From assembly GCA_035690425.1 (NCBI GenBank), contig DASSKO010000016.1:1175-65174 (forward strand): 64,000 bases of DNA, in the 5' to 3' direction. The DNA is from Nocardioidaceae bacterium. GTDB lineage: Bacteria > Actinomycetota > Actinomycetes > Propionibacteriales > Nocardioidaceae. The notes beneath the pieces are model-generated. The model saw only the letters and a program-made list of their open reading frames with translations. It searched no databases and was not told the DNA's origin. A program made the position numbers and the translations under genes. Shown here one piece after another: positions 9,994 to 20,462 of the stretch (positions within the stretch are counted from its first letter, which is position 1; each line of letters opens with the position of its first letter).

Positions 9994-10658
9994 TGCGCGT
10001 CGGGGTGGTGACCTTCCCGGGGTCGCTCGACGACGTCGACGCCCGCCGGGCGGTCGAGATCGCCGGCGGGCAGCCGGTGGAGCTGTGGCACGGTGACCAC
10101 GACCTGCACAGTGTCGATGCCGTGGTCCTTCCCGGCGGTTTCTCCTACGGTGACTATCTGCGCTGCGGGGCGATCGCGCGTTTCGCGCCGGTGATGACGG
10201 AGCTCGTCCATGCCGCCCGCGGTGGGCTGCCGGTGCTCGGCATCTGCAACGGCTTCCAGGTCCTGTGCGAGTCTCAGCTGCTGCCCGGTGCGCTGATCCG
10301 CAACCACAACCGCAGGTTCGTCTGTCGCGACCAGCGGCTGCGCATCGACAACGCCGACACCGCGTGGACCTCGACCTACGAGCCTGGCCAGGAGATCACC
10401 GTCGTGCTCAAGAACGGTGAGGGCGGGTACGTCGCCGACGAGCAGACTCTGGACATGCTCGAGGCGGAGGGGCGGGTCGTCGCGCGCTACCTCGGCGCCA
10501 ACCCGAACGGTTCACTGCGCGAGATCGCCGGCATCACCAACGAGCGGGGCAACGTCGTCGGCCTGATGCCGCACCCGGAGCACTCGGTCGAGGCCCTCAC
10601 CGGTGCCGGCACCGACGGCCTCGGCTTCTTCCAGGCCGGCCTCCAGCTCGTCAGCTGA
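9993..10658 (+). CDS. purQ: Phosphoribosylformylglycinamidine synthase glutaminase subunit PurQ
   Basis: 221 aa. Class-I amidotransferase nucleophile in [16 protein letters not shown] catalytic His/Glu. Confidence 0.93.
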   Translation: MRVGVVTFPGSLDDVDARRAVEIAGGQPVELWHGDHDLHSVDAVVLPGGFSYGDYLRCGAIARFAPVMTELVHAARGGLPVLGICNGFQVLCESQLLPGALIRNHNRRFVCRDQRLRIDNADTAWTSTYEPGQEITVVLKNGEGGYVADEQTLDMLEAEGRVVARYLGANPNGSLREIAGITNERGNVVGLMPHPEHSVEALTGAGTDGLGFFQAGLQLVS

Positions 10659-10725
10659 CCCGCCCTGAGCCGCTCCCGAGGATGATGCGGCTGCGCTCAC
10701 GGGACACGCACGGGGTGGCACCGGG

Positions 10726-11571
10726 TCAGCCGACGGCGACCAGACTCACAGCGGCTGCCGCAAGCGCGAGACCGACCGCCTGCGTGCGGTGGATGTGCTC
10801 GCGCAGCACGGTGGCCGCCAGCAGCACGGTGAACGCCGGGTACAGCGACGAGAGCACCGACGCCACCGTCAGCAGTCCGGACTGGCTGGCGAACAGGAAC
10901 AGCACGGTCGCCGCCGCGCCGAGCGCGCCGACACCGACGGCCCGCCAGGCGACGCGGTCGCGCGGCACCCAGGGTTGTCTCAACGCGGCGGCCAGGGCAA
11001 TCACGACCACGATCGAGGCCAGCTGCGTGAGGGCCAGTGGTCCAAGCCCGGCACTGTCGCGCACCTGTCCGAGGGCGGCGAACAGCACGCCGAAGCCCAT
11101 CCCGGCGAGCAGCCCGTCGACAACACCCTCGCCCACCCGGTGCCCGCTGCCGCCGAGCTCGACCGAGTCCGCCGCCCTCGACACCAGCCAGATCGCGGGA
11201 AGCGCGCAGCCGATGCCGATCCATGTCCACAGCGCGGGACGCTCCCCGGTCACCAGCCCGACGACCACGGGCAGCAGTGCCGACCCCACGGCTGACAGCG
11301 GTGCGACCACGCCCATCCGCCCGGTGGCGAGTCCGCGGTACAGAAACGCCGTACCCGCACCGGCACCGACCCCGGCCAGCGCGCCCCAGGCCCAGTCGGC
11401 TGGTGTCGCCTGTCCCGGCAGCAACAGGGCAGCCGTGCCGGTCAGTGCGGTCGAGGCGACCTGGGCGACGACCGCGACCGGCCACACCGACGTGCGGCGT
11501 GACAGCAGGCCGCCCACAAAGTCGGACAGTCCGTACATCACGGCACAGCCCAGCGCCAGCACGACGGTCAT
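10726..11571 (-). CDS. EamA/DMT-family transporter
   Basis: 281 aa, about 10 hydrophobic helices in two similar halves. Small polar loops typical of drug/metabolite transporters. Confidence 0.75.
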   Translation of the reverse strand: MTVVLALGCAVMYGLSDFVGGLLSRRTSVWPVAVVAQVASTALTGTAALLLPGQATPADWAWGALAGVGAGAGTAFLYRGLATGRMGVVAPLSAVGSALLPVVVGLVTGERPALWTWIGIGCALPAIWLVSRAADSVELGGSGHRVGEGVVDGLLAGMGFGVLFAALGQVRDSAGLGPLALTQLASIVVVIALAAALRQPWVPRDRVAWRAVGVGALGAAATVLFLFASQSGLLTVASVLSSLYPAFTVLLAATVLREHIHRTQAVGLALAAAAVSLVAVG

Positions 11572-11615
11572 GGCGACTGACCCTAAGCGGTCGTCACGGC
11601 CGCGTTACCGGTGGC

Positions 11616-12362
11616 TCAGCAGGTGGTCTCGCCCGCCGTTCGCGCCTTCGCCCAGTAGTCCTCGAGCTGGTCGACTCCCTGCTGCCAGTTGCGCTGCCAC
11701 AGCTCGGTGGCTCGCTCTGGCGACAGCGTGCCCGCTCGCAACCGCTCCATGTCGTGGACGTGGTGTGCCCAGGTGGTCAGGGCGACACGCGACGAGCCGA
11801 GCAGCTCTTCCCGCGCGGCCGTGTCGCGGTAGCACTCCCGCAGGTCGGGTACGCCGACGCCACGTGCGCCGGCCACCCACGGGCAGTCCGCGTCGGAGCT
11901 GAGGTAGTTTCCGTCGGCAGTGGTGAAGCGCTCGATACGCTCCGCCGCGCCCGCGCGGGTCTGTTCCCAGAACTCGGCGGCCTGCTCGAGGGTGATCTCT
12001 CCCGCGACCAGCTGGTTCATCGCCTCGACGTGGGTGCGCCACTGCTGCACCGAGCGACTCGCTGACACCAGCACCGGTGCTTGGCGCGCATGCTGGTTCC
12101 GGCACGCGCTCAGCGCAACGGTTACGGCTTCCTGCATGTCGCCGGAGTGCTGCGGGCTCGCCACCCTGTCGACCGAGGCGGTCACCGCCACGTCACCGGG
12201 TTGGTCACCGGGTTGGTCACCGCCTGCCGCCCGCGACTGTGTCTGCGGGTCGTCGGCCCACCACAGGTTGAGCAGGACGACGGCGAGCGCGAGCGTCGCC
12301 GCGGTCGTGAGCGCGAACCAGTGACGAGGCCTGACCTTGCGGTGTCGGCCATGATGAGTCAT
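11616..12362 (-). CDS. Hypothetical signal-anchored protein with an internal duplication
   Basis: N-terminal TM (WFALTTAATLALAVVLLNLWW), PGDQ repeat, then two related ~45-aa segments (QQWRTHVEAMNQLVAGEITLEQAAEFWEQ / TTWAHHVHDMERLRAGTLSPERATELWQR). Confidence 0.5.
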   Translation of the reverse strand: MTHHGRHRKVRPRHWFALTTAATLALAVVLLNLWWADDPQTQSRAAGGDQPGDQPGDVAVTASVDRVASPQHSGDMQEAVTVALSACRNQHARQAPVLVSASRSVQQWRTHVEAMNQLVAGEITLEQAAEFWEQTRAGAAERIERFTTADGNYLSSDADCPWVAGARGVGVPDLRECYRDTAAREELLGSSRVALTTWAHHVHDMERLRAGTLSPERATELWQRNWQQGVDQLEDYWAKARTAGETTC

Positions 12363-12572
12363 CGAGGAACCCCCCTCCCACGTCCGGCCAGGCTACGCCG
12401 CATCCGGGCGCCCGTCGACACGATCCGGAAGCCGACGCTGTGCGGCGGACCCACGAAGACCGCGGTGCCTACGATGACTCAACTGAGCTGACGACGGCGC
12501 GCTACGAGTCGGCGGCGGCGTGGCGGTAGCCTGACGTCGGCCCTCCCTTCCGGCACCCAGGAGCAGAACGCG

Positions 12573-14843
12573 GTGACTGACGTCCGCAAACTCGACACCG
12601 TCAAGCTGGCCACCGACACACCGCACCAGCAGCAACCGTGGGCCGAGCTCGGGCTCAAGCGCGAGGAGTACGCGCAGGTCGCGGAGATCCTCGGCCGCCG
12701 CCCGACCTCCAGCGAGCTGGCGATGTACTCGGTGATGTGGAGCGAGCACTGCTCCTACAAGTCGTCGAAGGCGCATCTGCGGCAGTTCGGTGAGAAGGTC
12801 ACCGACGAGATGCGCGAGCCGCTGATGGTGGGCATCGGGGAGAACGCCGGCGTCGTCGACATCGGCCAGGGCTACGCCGTGACCTTCAAGGTCGAGTCGC
12901 ACAACCACCCTTCCTACGTCGAGCCCTACCAGGGTGCGGCCACCGGCGTCGGTGGGATCGTGCGCGACATCCTCTCGATGGGCGCACGGCCCGTCGCGGT
13001 GATGGACTCGCTGCGCTTCGGCCCGGCGTACGCCGACGACACCGCGCGGGTGCTGCCCGGCATCGTCGCCGGCGTCGGCGGGTACGGCAACTGCCTCGGG
13101 CTGCCCAATATCGGCGGCGAGCTGGTCTTCGACCCGGCGTACGCGGGGAACCCGCTCGTCAACGCCCTGTGTGTCGGTGTGCTGCGCCACGAGCAGATCC
13201 ACCTCGCCAAGGCGAGCGGTGTCGGCAACCAGGTGATCCTGTACGGCGCGAGGACCGGCGGCGACGGCATCGGTGGGGTGTCGGTGCTGGCGTCGGAGAC
13301 GTTCGAGTCGACCGGCCCGGCGAAACGCCCCAGCGTGCAGGTCGGCGACCCGTTCATGGAGAAGCTGCTGATCGAGTGCACGCTGGAGCTGTTCGCGGCG
13401 AACGTCGTCGCCGGCATCCAGGACCTCGGCGGCGCCGGACTGTCCTGTGCCACGTCGGAGCTGGCGAGCGCCGGCGACGGCGGTATGCACGTCTGGCTCG
13501 ATCGGGTGCCGTTGCGGGACTCCTCGCTGAGCCCCGAGGAGATCTTGATGAGCGAGTCGCAGGAGCGGATGATGGCGGTGGTCGAGCCCGGCCACGTCGA
13601 ACGCTTCCTGCAGATCTGTGCCAAGTGGGACGTCGAGGCGACCGTGCTCGGCGAGGTGACGGACGCCGACCGGCTGCAGGTCGAGTGGCACGGTGAGCTG
13701 ATCGTCGACGTGCCCCCGCGCACGGTCGCCCACGACTGTCCCATCTATCAACGCGCGGACGTGCGCCCGCAGTGGCAGGACGCGCTTCGTGCCGACGACG
13801 CTGCCGGGCTGCCCCGACCCGAGGGCCCGGCCGAGCTGCGCGCGACCGTGCTGCGGATGGTGGCCGCACCTAACCTCTGCGACAAGTCCTGGGTCACCGA
13901 CCAGTACGACCGTTATGTGCAAGGCAATACGGTGCTCGCGCAGCCCGAGGACGCCGGCATGGTCCGCGTCGACGAACGGACCGGGTTGGGGGTTGCGGTC
14001 TCCACGGACTGCAACGGTCGCTTCGCCAAGCTCGATCCCTACACCGGGGCCAAGCTCGCCCTCGCCGAGTCCTACCGCAACGTCGCCGCCTCCGGTGCCC
14101 GCCCGCTCGCGGTCACTGACTGCCTGAACTTCGGGTCCCCGGAGGACCCCGCGGTGATGTGGCAGTTCGCCGAGGCCACCCGCGGGCTGGCCGACGGTTG
14201 CCAGCAGCTCGGCCTGCCGATCACCGGCGGCAACGTCAGCCTCTACAACCAGACCGGCGACCAGGCGATCCTGCCGACGCCCGTCGTCGGCGTGCTGGGG
14301 GTCATCGACGATGTCAGCCGGCGTACGCCGCAGGGCTTCCGCGAGACGGGCCAGCAGATCTACCTGCTCGGCAGCACCCACGACGAGCTGTCGGGATCGG
14401 AGTGGGCGCACGTGGTGCACGACCATCTGGGTGGGCAGCCGCCGGCCGTCGACCTCGCTGTCGAGCGTGAGCTCGCCGAGATCTTGGTGAACGCCTCGCG
14501 CGACGGCCTGATCGATGCCGCGCACGACCTCTCCGACGGCGGTCTGGCGCAGGCGCTGGTGGAGTCGTCGTTGCGCTACGGCGTGGGCTGCCGGGTGTGG
14601 CTGCCGGACGACCTCGATCCCTTCGTCGCGCTGTTCAGCGAGTCCGCCGGTCGCGCCCTCGTCGCCGTACCCCGCTCCGAGGAGGTGCGCTTCACCGACA
14701 TGTGCACCGCGCGCGGCTTCGCGCACCAGCGGATCGGGGTCGTCGACGGCGACACGATCGAGGTGCAGGAGCAGTTCACGCTGCCTCTGGATGAGCTGCG
14801 GACGGCCTGGACGGGGACCCTGCCGGCGCTGTTCGAGGACTGA
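12573..14843 (+). CDS. purL: Phosphoribosylformylglycinamidine synthase subunit PurL
   Basis: 756 aa. [34 protein letters not shown]. Duplicated AIR-synthase-like domains. Confidence 0.95.
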   Translation: MTDVRKLDTVKLATDTPHQQQPWAELGLKREEYAQVAEILGRRPTSSELAMYSVMWSEHCSYKSSKAHLRQFGEKVTDEMREPLMVGIGENAGVVDIGQGYAVTFKVESHNHPSYVEPYQGAATGVGGIVRDILSMGARPVAVMDSLRFGPAYADDTARVLPGIVAGVGGYGNCLGLPNIGGELVFDPAYAGNPLVNALCVGVLRHEQIHLAKASGVGNQVILYGARTGGDGIGGVSVLASETFESTGPAKRPSVQVGDPFMEKLLIECTLELFAANVVAGIQDLGGAGLSCATSELASAGDGGMHVWLDRVPLRDSSLSPEEILMSESQERMMAVVEPGHVERFLQICAKWDVEATVLGEVTDADRLQVEWHGELIVDVPPRTVAHDCPIYQRADVRPQWQDALRADDAAGLPRPEGPAELRATVLRMVAAPNLCDKSWVTDQYDRYVQGNTVLAQPEDAGMVRVDERTGLGVAVSTDCNGRFAKLDPYTGAKLALAESYRNVAASGARPLAVTDCLNFGSPEDPAVMWQFAEATRGLADGCQQLGLPITGGNVSLYNQTGDQAILPTPVVGVLGVIDDVSRRTPQGFRETGQQIYLLGSTHDELSGSEWAHVVHDHLGGQPPAVDLAVERELAEILVNASRDGLIDAAHDLSDGGLAQALVESSLRYGVGCRVWLPDDLDPFVALFSESAGRALVAVPRSEEVRFTDMCTARGFAHQRIGVVDGDTIEVQEQFTLPLDELRTAWTGTLPALFED

Positions 14844-14849
14844 GCCGGC

Positions 14850-15212
14850 GTGCCCCCTCGTCACAGACCCGCGGCCGAGGCCGATGTCGTCCGCTGGCTG
14901 ACCGAGGTGGCCGAGGAGGACGAGCCGTCGCGGGAGGCACTGCGGGGGCTGACCAAGCACTTCCTTGCCGTGCTGAGCGACCGAGCACCGGGCCGGAGCG
15001 TGGAGGTGCGGGTGCCCCCGTACGCCGCAGTGCAGTGCGTTGCGGGCGCCCGCCACACCCGCGGTACTCCGCCGGCGACGGTGGAGGCCGATGCGCACAC
15101 CTGGATCGCGCTGGCCACCGGTGAGGTCGACTGGAGCACGGCTGTGCAGCAGGGGCGGGTGGTCGCCTCCGGGGAGCGGTCCGACCTCAGTCCGCTGCTC
15201 CCGCTGCGCTGA
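14850..15212 (+). CDS. Sterol-carrier (SCP2-like) family protein
   Basis: 120 aa. The tail TWIALATGEVDWSTAVQQGRVVASGERSDLSPLLPL is typical of the small SCP2-like protein found next to purL in actinobacteria. Confidence 0.7.
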   Translation: MPPRHRPAAEADVVRWLTEVAEEDEPSREALRGLTKHFLAVLSDRAPGRSVEVRVPPYAAVQCVAGARHTRGTPPATVEADAHTWIALATGEVDWSTAVQQGRVVASGERSDLSPLLPLR

Positions 15213-15280
15213 ACCTTCCCGAACACTCTCAACAACCCAAACGCTGCTCCTACGCCGAGGCTCCCTCGTGGCGGAGCCTG

Positions 15281-15832
15281 TTATGCCAGGCCAAGGAGCT
15301 CCGCGGCGGCGGCAACGGCCTCATTGTCGATGGCCAACGCGTGCACGCTCTTGACCGTGATGGCACCGAGCGCCCGATCGAAGAGGGTGACGTGAATCCA
15401 GCTGGCCTCGAGCGTCGACCACCAGCGCAGACCGGCCGCGTCGGGATGACGTTCGAACTGGCGTAACGCATACGCCTGCGTGACCTGGCGGTGTCCCGTC
15501 GCCACGACGGAGGGTCGCAGCGCTTCGACGTCCAGGGTGGTTGGGTCGTCGAGGTCGATGAGCACGGCTTTGGCAGTCAGCTCCAACTCCGCAAGCGCGA
15601 GCTGCCGTCCCGAGCGGACGAGCAACTCGGGCTGCAGGTCCCCGGTGCCCCGGAACGGCGCGAGAGTCTCCGCGACTGCCGAGACGGCATCCTCGGCCAG
15701 ATACAGGCAGCCATAACGATCCGGTGCATCATGGCGGCCGGTGCCCTGAAACTCTCGTGGCACCCAAAGCGCATCGCCGGGTGCACCGGCGGGGGCGGAC
15801 GGGTTCCACGACAGGACCCGCCACAGCTTCAC
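15281..15832 (-). CDS. RES-domain toxin (NAD+-targeting RES family)
   Basis: 183 aa from GTG 15832, GTGA overlap with the upstream antitoxin stop. LWRVLSW...GRHDAPDRYGCLYLAEDAVSAVAETL...ALRQFERHPDAAGLRWWSTLE. Confidence 0.8.
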   Translation of the reverse strand: MKLWRVLSWNPSAPAGAPGDALWVPREFQGTGRHDAPDRYGCLYLAEDAVSAVAETLAPFRGTGDLQPELLVRSGRQLALAELELTAKAVLIDLDDPTTLDVEALRPSVVATGHRQVTQAYALRQFERHPDAAGLRWWSTLEASWIHVTLFDRALGAITVKSVHALAIDNEAVAAAAELLGLA

Positions 15833-16161
15833 GCGAAGTTGCCGGCCCGCTCGCTTGCAATGGCGTCGAGCACCTCGCGTGTCTGGCCGCGGCGAACGAG
15901 GTCGAGCGGACGCCGACCTCTCAGACTGGGGTTGACCCCGAGCAGCCAGCGCTCGGCCGCCTCCGTCGGATACAGTCGCAGCAGGTTTGCCATCACCAGT
16001 TCGAGCAGGTCGACCCGTCCTGCGTTCGCCTCGTCGACACCTTGGCCGCGACGCCAACGAGTGACCTGCGCTGGGCTCACGCCGAGCACCTCTGCCAGCC
16101 GACGCTGCGAGCCAAAGTCTCGGCTCAGCGCCACCACCTTGTCCGCAGTTGTCACCGGCAT
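15829..16161 (-). CDS. Xre-family antitoxin with DUF2384-like C-terminal domain (partner of the RES toxin)
   Basis: 110 aa. HTH RRLAEVLGVSPAQVTRWRRG, then WLLGVNPSLRGRRPLDLVRRGQTREVLDAI. Alternative ATG at 16197. Confidence 0.75.
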   Translation of the reverse strand: MPVTTADKVVALSRDFGSQRRLAEVLGVSPAQVTRWRRGQGVDEANAGRVDLLELVMANLLRLYPTEAAERWLLGVNPSLRGRRPLDLVRRGQTREVLDAIASERAGNFA

Positions 16162-16174
16162 ACGCTCCAGTATA

Positions 16175-16195
16175 GCGCAACGGAATGCGTTGCGC
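16175..16195 (-). promoter_or_regulatory. Candidate operator palindrome and -10 element of the Xre/RES operon
   Basis: Perfect 8-bp arms GCGCAACG-N5-CGTTGCGC (16175-16182 / 16188-16195). On the minus strand a TATACT hexamer follows directly (16169-16174), 7 nt before ATG 16161. Confidence 0.4.
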
Positions 16196-16403
16196 ATCCT
16201 GCGACGGTAGTCCCTACCGAGCGGTCGGGCCCGCGCTTCGTCACTCTCGCCGGGCATGTCTCTGGCGCGATTGCCTACCGAGGCAAACACACTCCGCAGG
16301 GCCGTCTCCATCTCACCCACCCAACCGACGTACCCGAGTTGAGGATGGAGCGGCAGACGTCGATCCGGTGGGTGAAATGGGGAGGTGCACGCGGGCTCAT
16401 ACG

Positions 16404-17765
16404 ATGACGGCCATGACTGGCTCGACCGATCACGACCTGCGTGCCGCCGTCCACCGTGTCCTGCCCGGCGTGCGCGCGGATCTCGAGGACCTCGTCCGCA
16501 TCCCGTCGGTGAGCGCCGACCCGTCCCGCGCCGAGGAGGTACGGCGAAGTGCCGACGCGACGGCGGATCTCCTACGCGGCGCCGGCTTCGAGGACGTACG
16601 GATCCTCGCGGTCGACGGCGGCGCTCCTGCGGTGGTGGCCCGCCGCCCGGCACCGGAGGGTGCTCCCACGGTGCTCCTCTACGCACACCACGACGTGCAG
16701 CCCGAGGGTGACCGCGCCAGCTGGCACAGCGACCCGTTCGAGCCCACCGAGCGCGGTGATCGGCTGTACGGCCGCGGTGCCGCCGACGACAAGGCGGGCA
16801 TCGCGGCCCACCTCGCCGCCGTACGCGCACACGGCGGTGCTCCGCCGGTCGGAGTCACGGTCTTCGTCGAGGGCGAGGAGGAGGTGGGCTCTCCGACCCT
16901 GGAGGCGTTCCTGGCCGAGCACCGCGACCTGCTGGCCGCTGACGCGATCGTGATCGCCGACTCGGCCAACTGGGACATCGGGGCGCCGGCGCTGACGACT
17001 TCGCTGCGAGGTCTGGTCGACTGCGAGGTCGAGGTGCGCACTCTGACGCATGCGGTGCACTCGGGGCTGTTCGGCGGCGCCGTGCCGGATGCGCTGACCA
17101 CGATGTCGAAACTGCTCGCCTCGTTGCACGACGACGAGGGCAACGTCTGCGTGGCCGGCCTGGCGCACTCTGCCGCCGCGGACCTGGACTACCCGTTGGA
17201 GCGATTCCGGTCCGAGTCGGGGATCGCCGACGGCGTCGAGCTGATCGGTGCAGGCCCGCTCGTCGAGCGGCTGTGGACCCGCCCGGCGATCGCGGTGGTC
17301 GCCATCGACGCGCCGCGAGTCGCCGACGCCTCCAACACCTTGGTGCCGGTCTGCCGAGCCAAGGTCTCGATGCGGGTCGCCCCGGGTGACGACGCCGACA
17401 CGGCGATGGACGCGCTGGTCTCGCACCTGGAGTCGCACGCGCCGTGGGGCGCGCAGGTGCGGGTCGAGCGCGGCGAGTCCGGCGCACCCGCGCGGATCGA
17501 GGCGGCTGGCCCCGTGTACGACGCGACCCGGTCAGCCTTCCGTGAGGCGTGGGACGGCGTACAACCGGTCGACGTCGGCATCGGCGGGTCGATCCCGTTC
17601 ATCGCCTCGTTCATGGCGGCCTATCCCGAAGCGGCCATCCTGGTCACCGGGGTGGAGGATCCCGACACCCGGGCGCACGGCGCCAACGAGGGCCTGCATC
17701 TGGCGGAGTTCGAGCGGGTCTGCCTGGCCGAGGCCCTGCTGCTGGACCGCCTGGCCGCCCTCTGA
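16404..17765 (+). CDS. M20-family dipeptidase/peptidase
   Basis: 453 aa from ATG 16404. LLYAHHDVQPEG, GRGAADDKAG, VFVEGEEEVGS metal-binding motifs. Confidence 0.88.
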   Translation: MTAMTGSTDHDLRAAVHRVLPGVRADLEDLVRIPSVSADPSRAEEVRRSADATADLLRGAGFEDVRILAVDGGAPAVVARRPAPEGAPTVLLYAHHDVQPEGDRASWHSDPFEPTERGDRLYGRGAADDKAGIAAHLAAVRAHGGAPPVGVTVFVEGEEEVGSPTLEAFLAEHRDLLAADAIVIADSANWDIGAPALTTSLRGLVDCEVEVRTLTHAVHSGLFGGAVPDALTTMSKLLASLHDDEGNVCVAGLAHSAAADLDYPLERFRSESGIADGVELIGAGPLVERLWTRPAIAVVAIDAPRVADASNTLVPVCRAKVSMRVAPGDDADTAMDALVSHLESHAPWGAQVRVERGESGAPARIEAAGPVYDATRSAFREAWDGVQPVDVGIGGSIPFIASFMAAYPEAAILVTGVEDPDTRAHGANEGLHLAEFERVCLAEALLLDRLAAL

Positions 17766-17816
17766 CTCACCTACTCCGGATACTGCCGATTGGACCGAGG
17801 CCCTACACTCGACCCC

Positions 17817-19373
17817 GTGGTGCGCGGCGACGGTCTCCTCAGTCATGACCTCGATCCCCAGGACAAGGGCCCGCAGGATGCCTGCGGGGTCTTCGGTGTC
17901 TGGGCACCTGGCGAGGAGGTCGCCAAGCTCACCTACTACGGCATCTACGCGCTGCAGCACCGCGGCCAGGAGTCGGCCGGGATTGCGGTCAGCAACGGCG
18001 AGCACATCCTGGTCTACAAGGACATGGGTCTGGTCTCCCAGGTCTTCGACGAGTCGACGTTGGCGTCGTTCCACGGCCATGTCGCGGTCGGCCACGCGCG
18101 CTACTCCACCACCGGCGCGAGCGTGTGGTCCAACGCACAGCCGACCTTCCGCCCCACCGCCACCGGTGCCCTCGCGCTGGGTCACAACGGAAACCTGACC
18201 AACACCCACGAGCTCGCCGAGCAGGCCAAGGGGCTGGCTGCTCGCGCCGGCCAGCTCGACCTCTCGCGGATCCCAGTCGAGACCACCGACACCGGTGTCA
18301 TGACCGCGCTGCTCGCGGCGTACCCGGAGCTCACGCTGGAGCAGGCCGCCATGCAGGTGCTGCCGACTCTGCGCGGCGCCTTCAGCCTGGTCTTCATGGA
18401 CGAGGGCACGCTCTACGCTGCCCGCGACCCGCAGGGCATCAGGCCGTTGGTGCTGGGCCGCCTCGACCGGGGCTGGGTGGTGGCGAGCGAGACCGCTGCG
18501 CTCGACATCGTCGGTGCCTCCTATATCCGCGAGGTCGAGCCGGGCGAGCTGGTCACCATCGACGAGGAGGGGCTGCGCAGCCGGCATTTCGCTCCGGCCC
18601 GGCCGAAGGGCTGCATCTTCGAGTTCGTCTACCTGGCCCGTCCCGACACCCAGATCAGCGACCGCCGGGTGCACTCGGTCCGGGTCGAGATCGGGCGCCG
18701 GTTGGCCAAGGAGTTCCCCGCCGACGCCGACTTGGTGATTCCGGTGCCCGAGTCCGGCACCCCGTCCGCGATCGGGTACGCCGAAGCATCGGGCATCCCT
18801 TACGGGCAAGGTTTCGTCAAGAACTCCTACGTCGGTCGGACCTTCATCCAGCCCAGCCAGACGATCCGCCAGCTCGGCATCCGGCTCAAGCTGAACCCGC
18901 TGCGGGACGTCATCGAGGGCAAGCGGCTGGTCGTGGTCGACGACTCCATCGTCCGCGGCAACACCCAGCGCGCGCTGGTCCGGATGCTGCGCGAGGCGGG
19001 TGCGGCCGAGGTGCACGTCCGGATCTCCAGCCCGCCGGTCAAGTGGCCCTGCTTCTACGGCATCGACTTCGCCAGCCGCACCGAGCTGATCGCCAACGGG
19101 CTCGACGCGGACGAGATCTGCCGGGCCATCGGGGCGGACTCGCTGGCCTACATTTCACTCGACGAGCTGGTGGCCGCGACCGAGGTTCCCAAGGACCGGC
19201 TCTGCCGGGCCTGCTTCGACGGCGTCTATCCCGTCGCCCTGCCGGAGCCGGAGCAGCTCGGCAAGGAGCTGCTCGAGACCGAGGCAGCGGTCGACGCACC
19301 GATCGACGGGGCCGATGGCCTGGTCGCCCTGGTGGCCGGCGGCGGAGCTGCCGACTCCCTGTCCCGTCCCTGA
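17817..19373 (+). CDS. purF: Amidophosphoribosyltransferase
   Basis: Ntn nucleophile context DACGVFGVW. RGQESAGIA, GHARYSTTG, PRPP loop VVVDDSIVRGNT. Start GTG 17817 or TTG 17790. Confidence 0.93.
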   Translation: MVRGDGLLSHDLDPQDKGPQDACGVFGVWAPGEEVAKLTYYGIYALQHRGQESAGIAVSNGEHILVYKDMGLVSQVFDESTLASFHGHVAVGHARYSTTGASVWSNAQPTFRPTATGALALGHNGNLTNTHELAEQAKGLAARAGQLDLSRIPVETTDTGVMTALLAAYPELTLEQAAMQVLPTLRGAFSLVFMDEGTLYAARDPQGIRPLVLGRLDRGWVVASETAALDIVGASYIREVEPGELVTIDEEGLRSRHFAPARPKGCIFEFVYLARPDTQISDRRVHSVRVEIGRRLAKEFPADADLVIPVPESGTPSAIGYAEASGIPYGQGFVKNSYVGRTFIQPSQTIRQLGIRLKLNPLRDVIEGKRLVVVDDSIVRGNTQRALVRMLREAGAAEVHVRISSPPVKWPCFYGIDFASRTELIANGLDADEICRAIGADSLAYISLDELVAATEVPKDRLCRACFDGVYPVALPEPEQLGKELLETEAAVDAPIDGADGLVALVAGGGAADSLSRP

Positions 19374-19412
19374 CCCTGTTTGGGCCGGGCCAGCTGAAGA
19401 AGGGTGCCGCCG

Positions 19413-20462
19413 ATGTCGGATGAGTCGACCTACGCCGCCGCCGGAGTCTCGATCGAAGCCGGTGACAAGGCCGTCGCGCTGATGAAGGTGTGGATCGACA
19501 AGGCGCGGCGCCCCGAGATGCTCGGGGGGATCGGAGGGTTCGCAGGCCTCTTCGACGCATCGGCGCTCAAGGGCTACAAGCACCCACTGCTGGCGACCTC
19601 CGCGGACGGCGTCGGCACCAAGGTCGCGATCGCCCAGCAGCTGGACAAGCACGACACGATCGGCTTCGACCTCGTCGGGATGCTGGTCGACGACCTGGTG
19701 GTTTGCGGCGCGGAGCCGCTGTTCCTGACCGACTACATCGCCACCGGACGGGTAGACCCCGAGCGGATCACCGCGATCGTCAAGGGCATCGCCGAGGCCT
19801 GTGTGGTCGCCGGCTGTGCGCTGATCGGTGGCGAGACCGCCGAGCACCCGGGCCTGCTCGAGCCCGACGCGTACGACGTGGCGGGCTCGACGACGGGCGT
19901 GGTCGAGGCCGCCGACCTGCTCGGCGCCGGCCGGGTCTGCCCGGGCGACGCGGTGATCGCGATGCGGTCGTCGGGCCTGCACGCCAATGGCTTCTCACTG
20001 GTACGGCACCTGCTGTTGCAGAATGCCGGCTGGGCCCTCGACCGCGACGTACCCGAGCTGGGCCGCACGCTGGGCGAGGAACTGCTGGAGCCGACCCGCA
20101 TCTACGCCCAGCCGTGTCTGCGTCTTGCGCGCGAGACCGACGCGCACGCCATGTCGCACATCACCGGAGGTGGACTGGCCGCCAACCTGGCCCGGGTGCT
20201 GCCCGACGACGCGTCGGCGGTGCTGGACCGGTCCACCTGGGCGCCGCAGGCCATCTTCGACGTCGTGGGCGCCGTCGGACAGGTGCAGCGTTCGGAGTTG
20301 GAGCACACGCTCAACATGGGCGTGGGGATGGTCGCGCTGGTGAGCCCGGACGACGCCGACACCGCGGTGCGGCTGCTCGCGGATGCCGACATCGACGCCT
20401 GGGTCTGCGGGGAGGTCGTCGAGGGCGACGGCAGCGTGGTCCTGGAGAACTCCTATGCCTGA
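19413..20462 (+). CDS. purM: Phosphoribosylformylglycinamidine cyclo-ligase (AIR synthetase)
   Basis: 349 aa. YAAAGVSIEAGDKAV, SADGVGTK, DDLVVCGAEPLFLTDY, HITGGGL. Confidence 0.93.
   Translation: MSDESTYAAAGVSIEAGDKAVALMKVWIDKARRPEMLGGIGGFAGLFDASALKGYKHPLLATSADGVGTKVAIAQQLDKHDTIGFDLVGMLVDDLVVCGAEPLFLTDYIATGRVDPERITAIVKGIAEACVVAGCALIGGETAEHPGLLEPDAYDVAGSTTGVVEAADLLGAGRVCPGDAVIAMRSSGLHANGFSLVRHLLLQNAGWALDRDVPELGRTLGEELLEPTRIYAQPCLRLARETDAHAMSHITGGGLAANLARVLPDDASAVLDRSTWAPQAIFDVVGAVGQVQRSELEHTLNMGVGMVALVSPDDADTAVRLLADADIDAWVCGEVVEGDGSVVLENSYA

Noticed and set aside
12393-15098. 901-aa ORF on the minus strand
   Set aside because: It lies entirely antisense to purL, whose product has unmistakable FGAM-synthase motifs. 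The antisense translation is Arg/Gly/Pro/His-rich with no motif, typical of shadow ORFs in GC-rich DNA.
15213-16403. Treating the RES/Xre pair as part of a mobile element or genomic island
   Set aside because: No integrase, transposase, tRNA gene or flanking direct repeats are visible. Only a two-gene insertion is supported.
17532-19016. 494-aa minus-strand ORF. Similar long shadows occur at 20882-22111 (+), 24789-26318 (-), 10682-11902 (+), 53300-53818 (-) and 59008-60270 (-).
   Set aside because: Each is antisense to a gene with strong family motifs (purF, Leu/Val dehydrogenase, flavin reductase/copD, EamA, methyltransferase, flippase). None has a recognisable domain.
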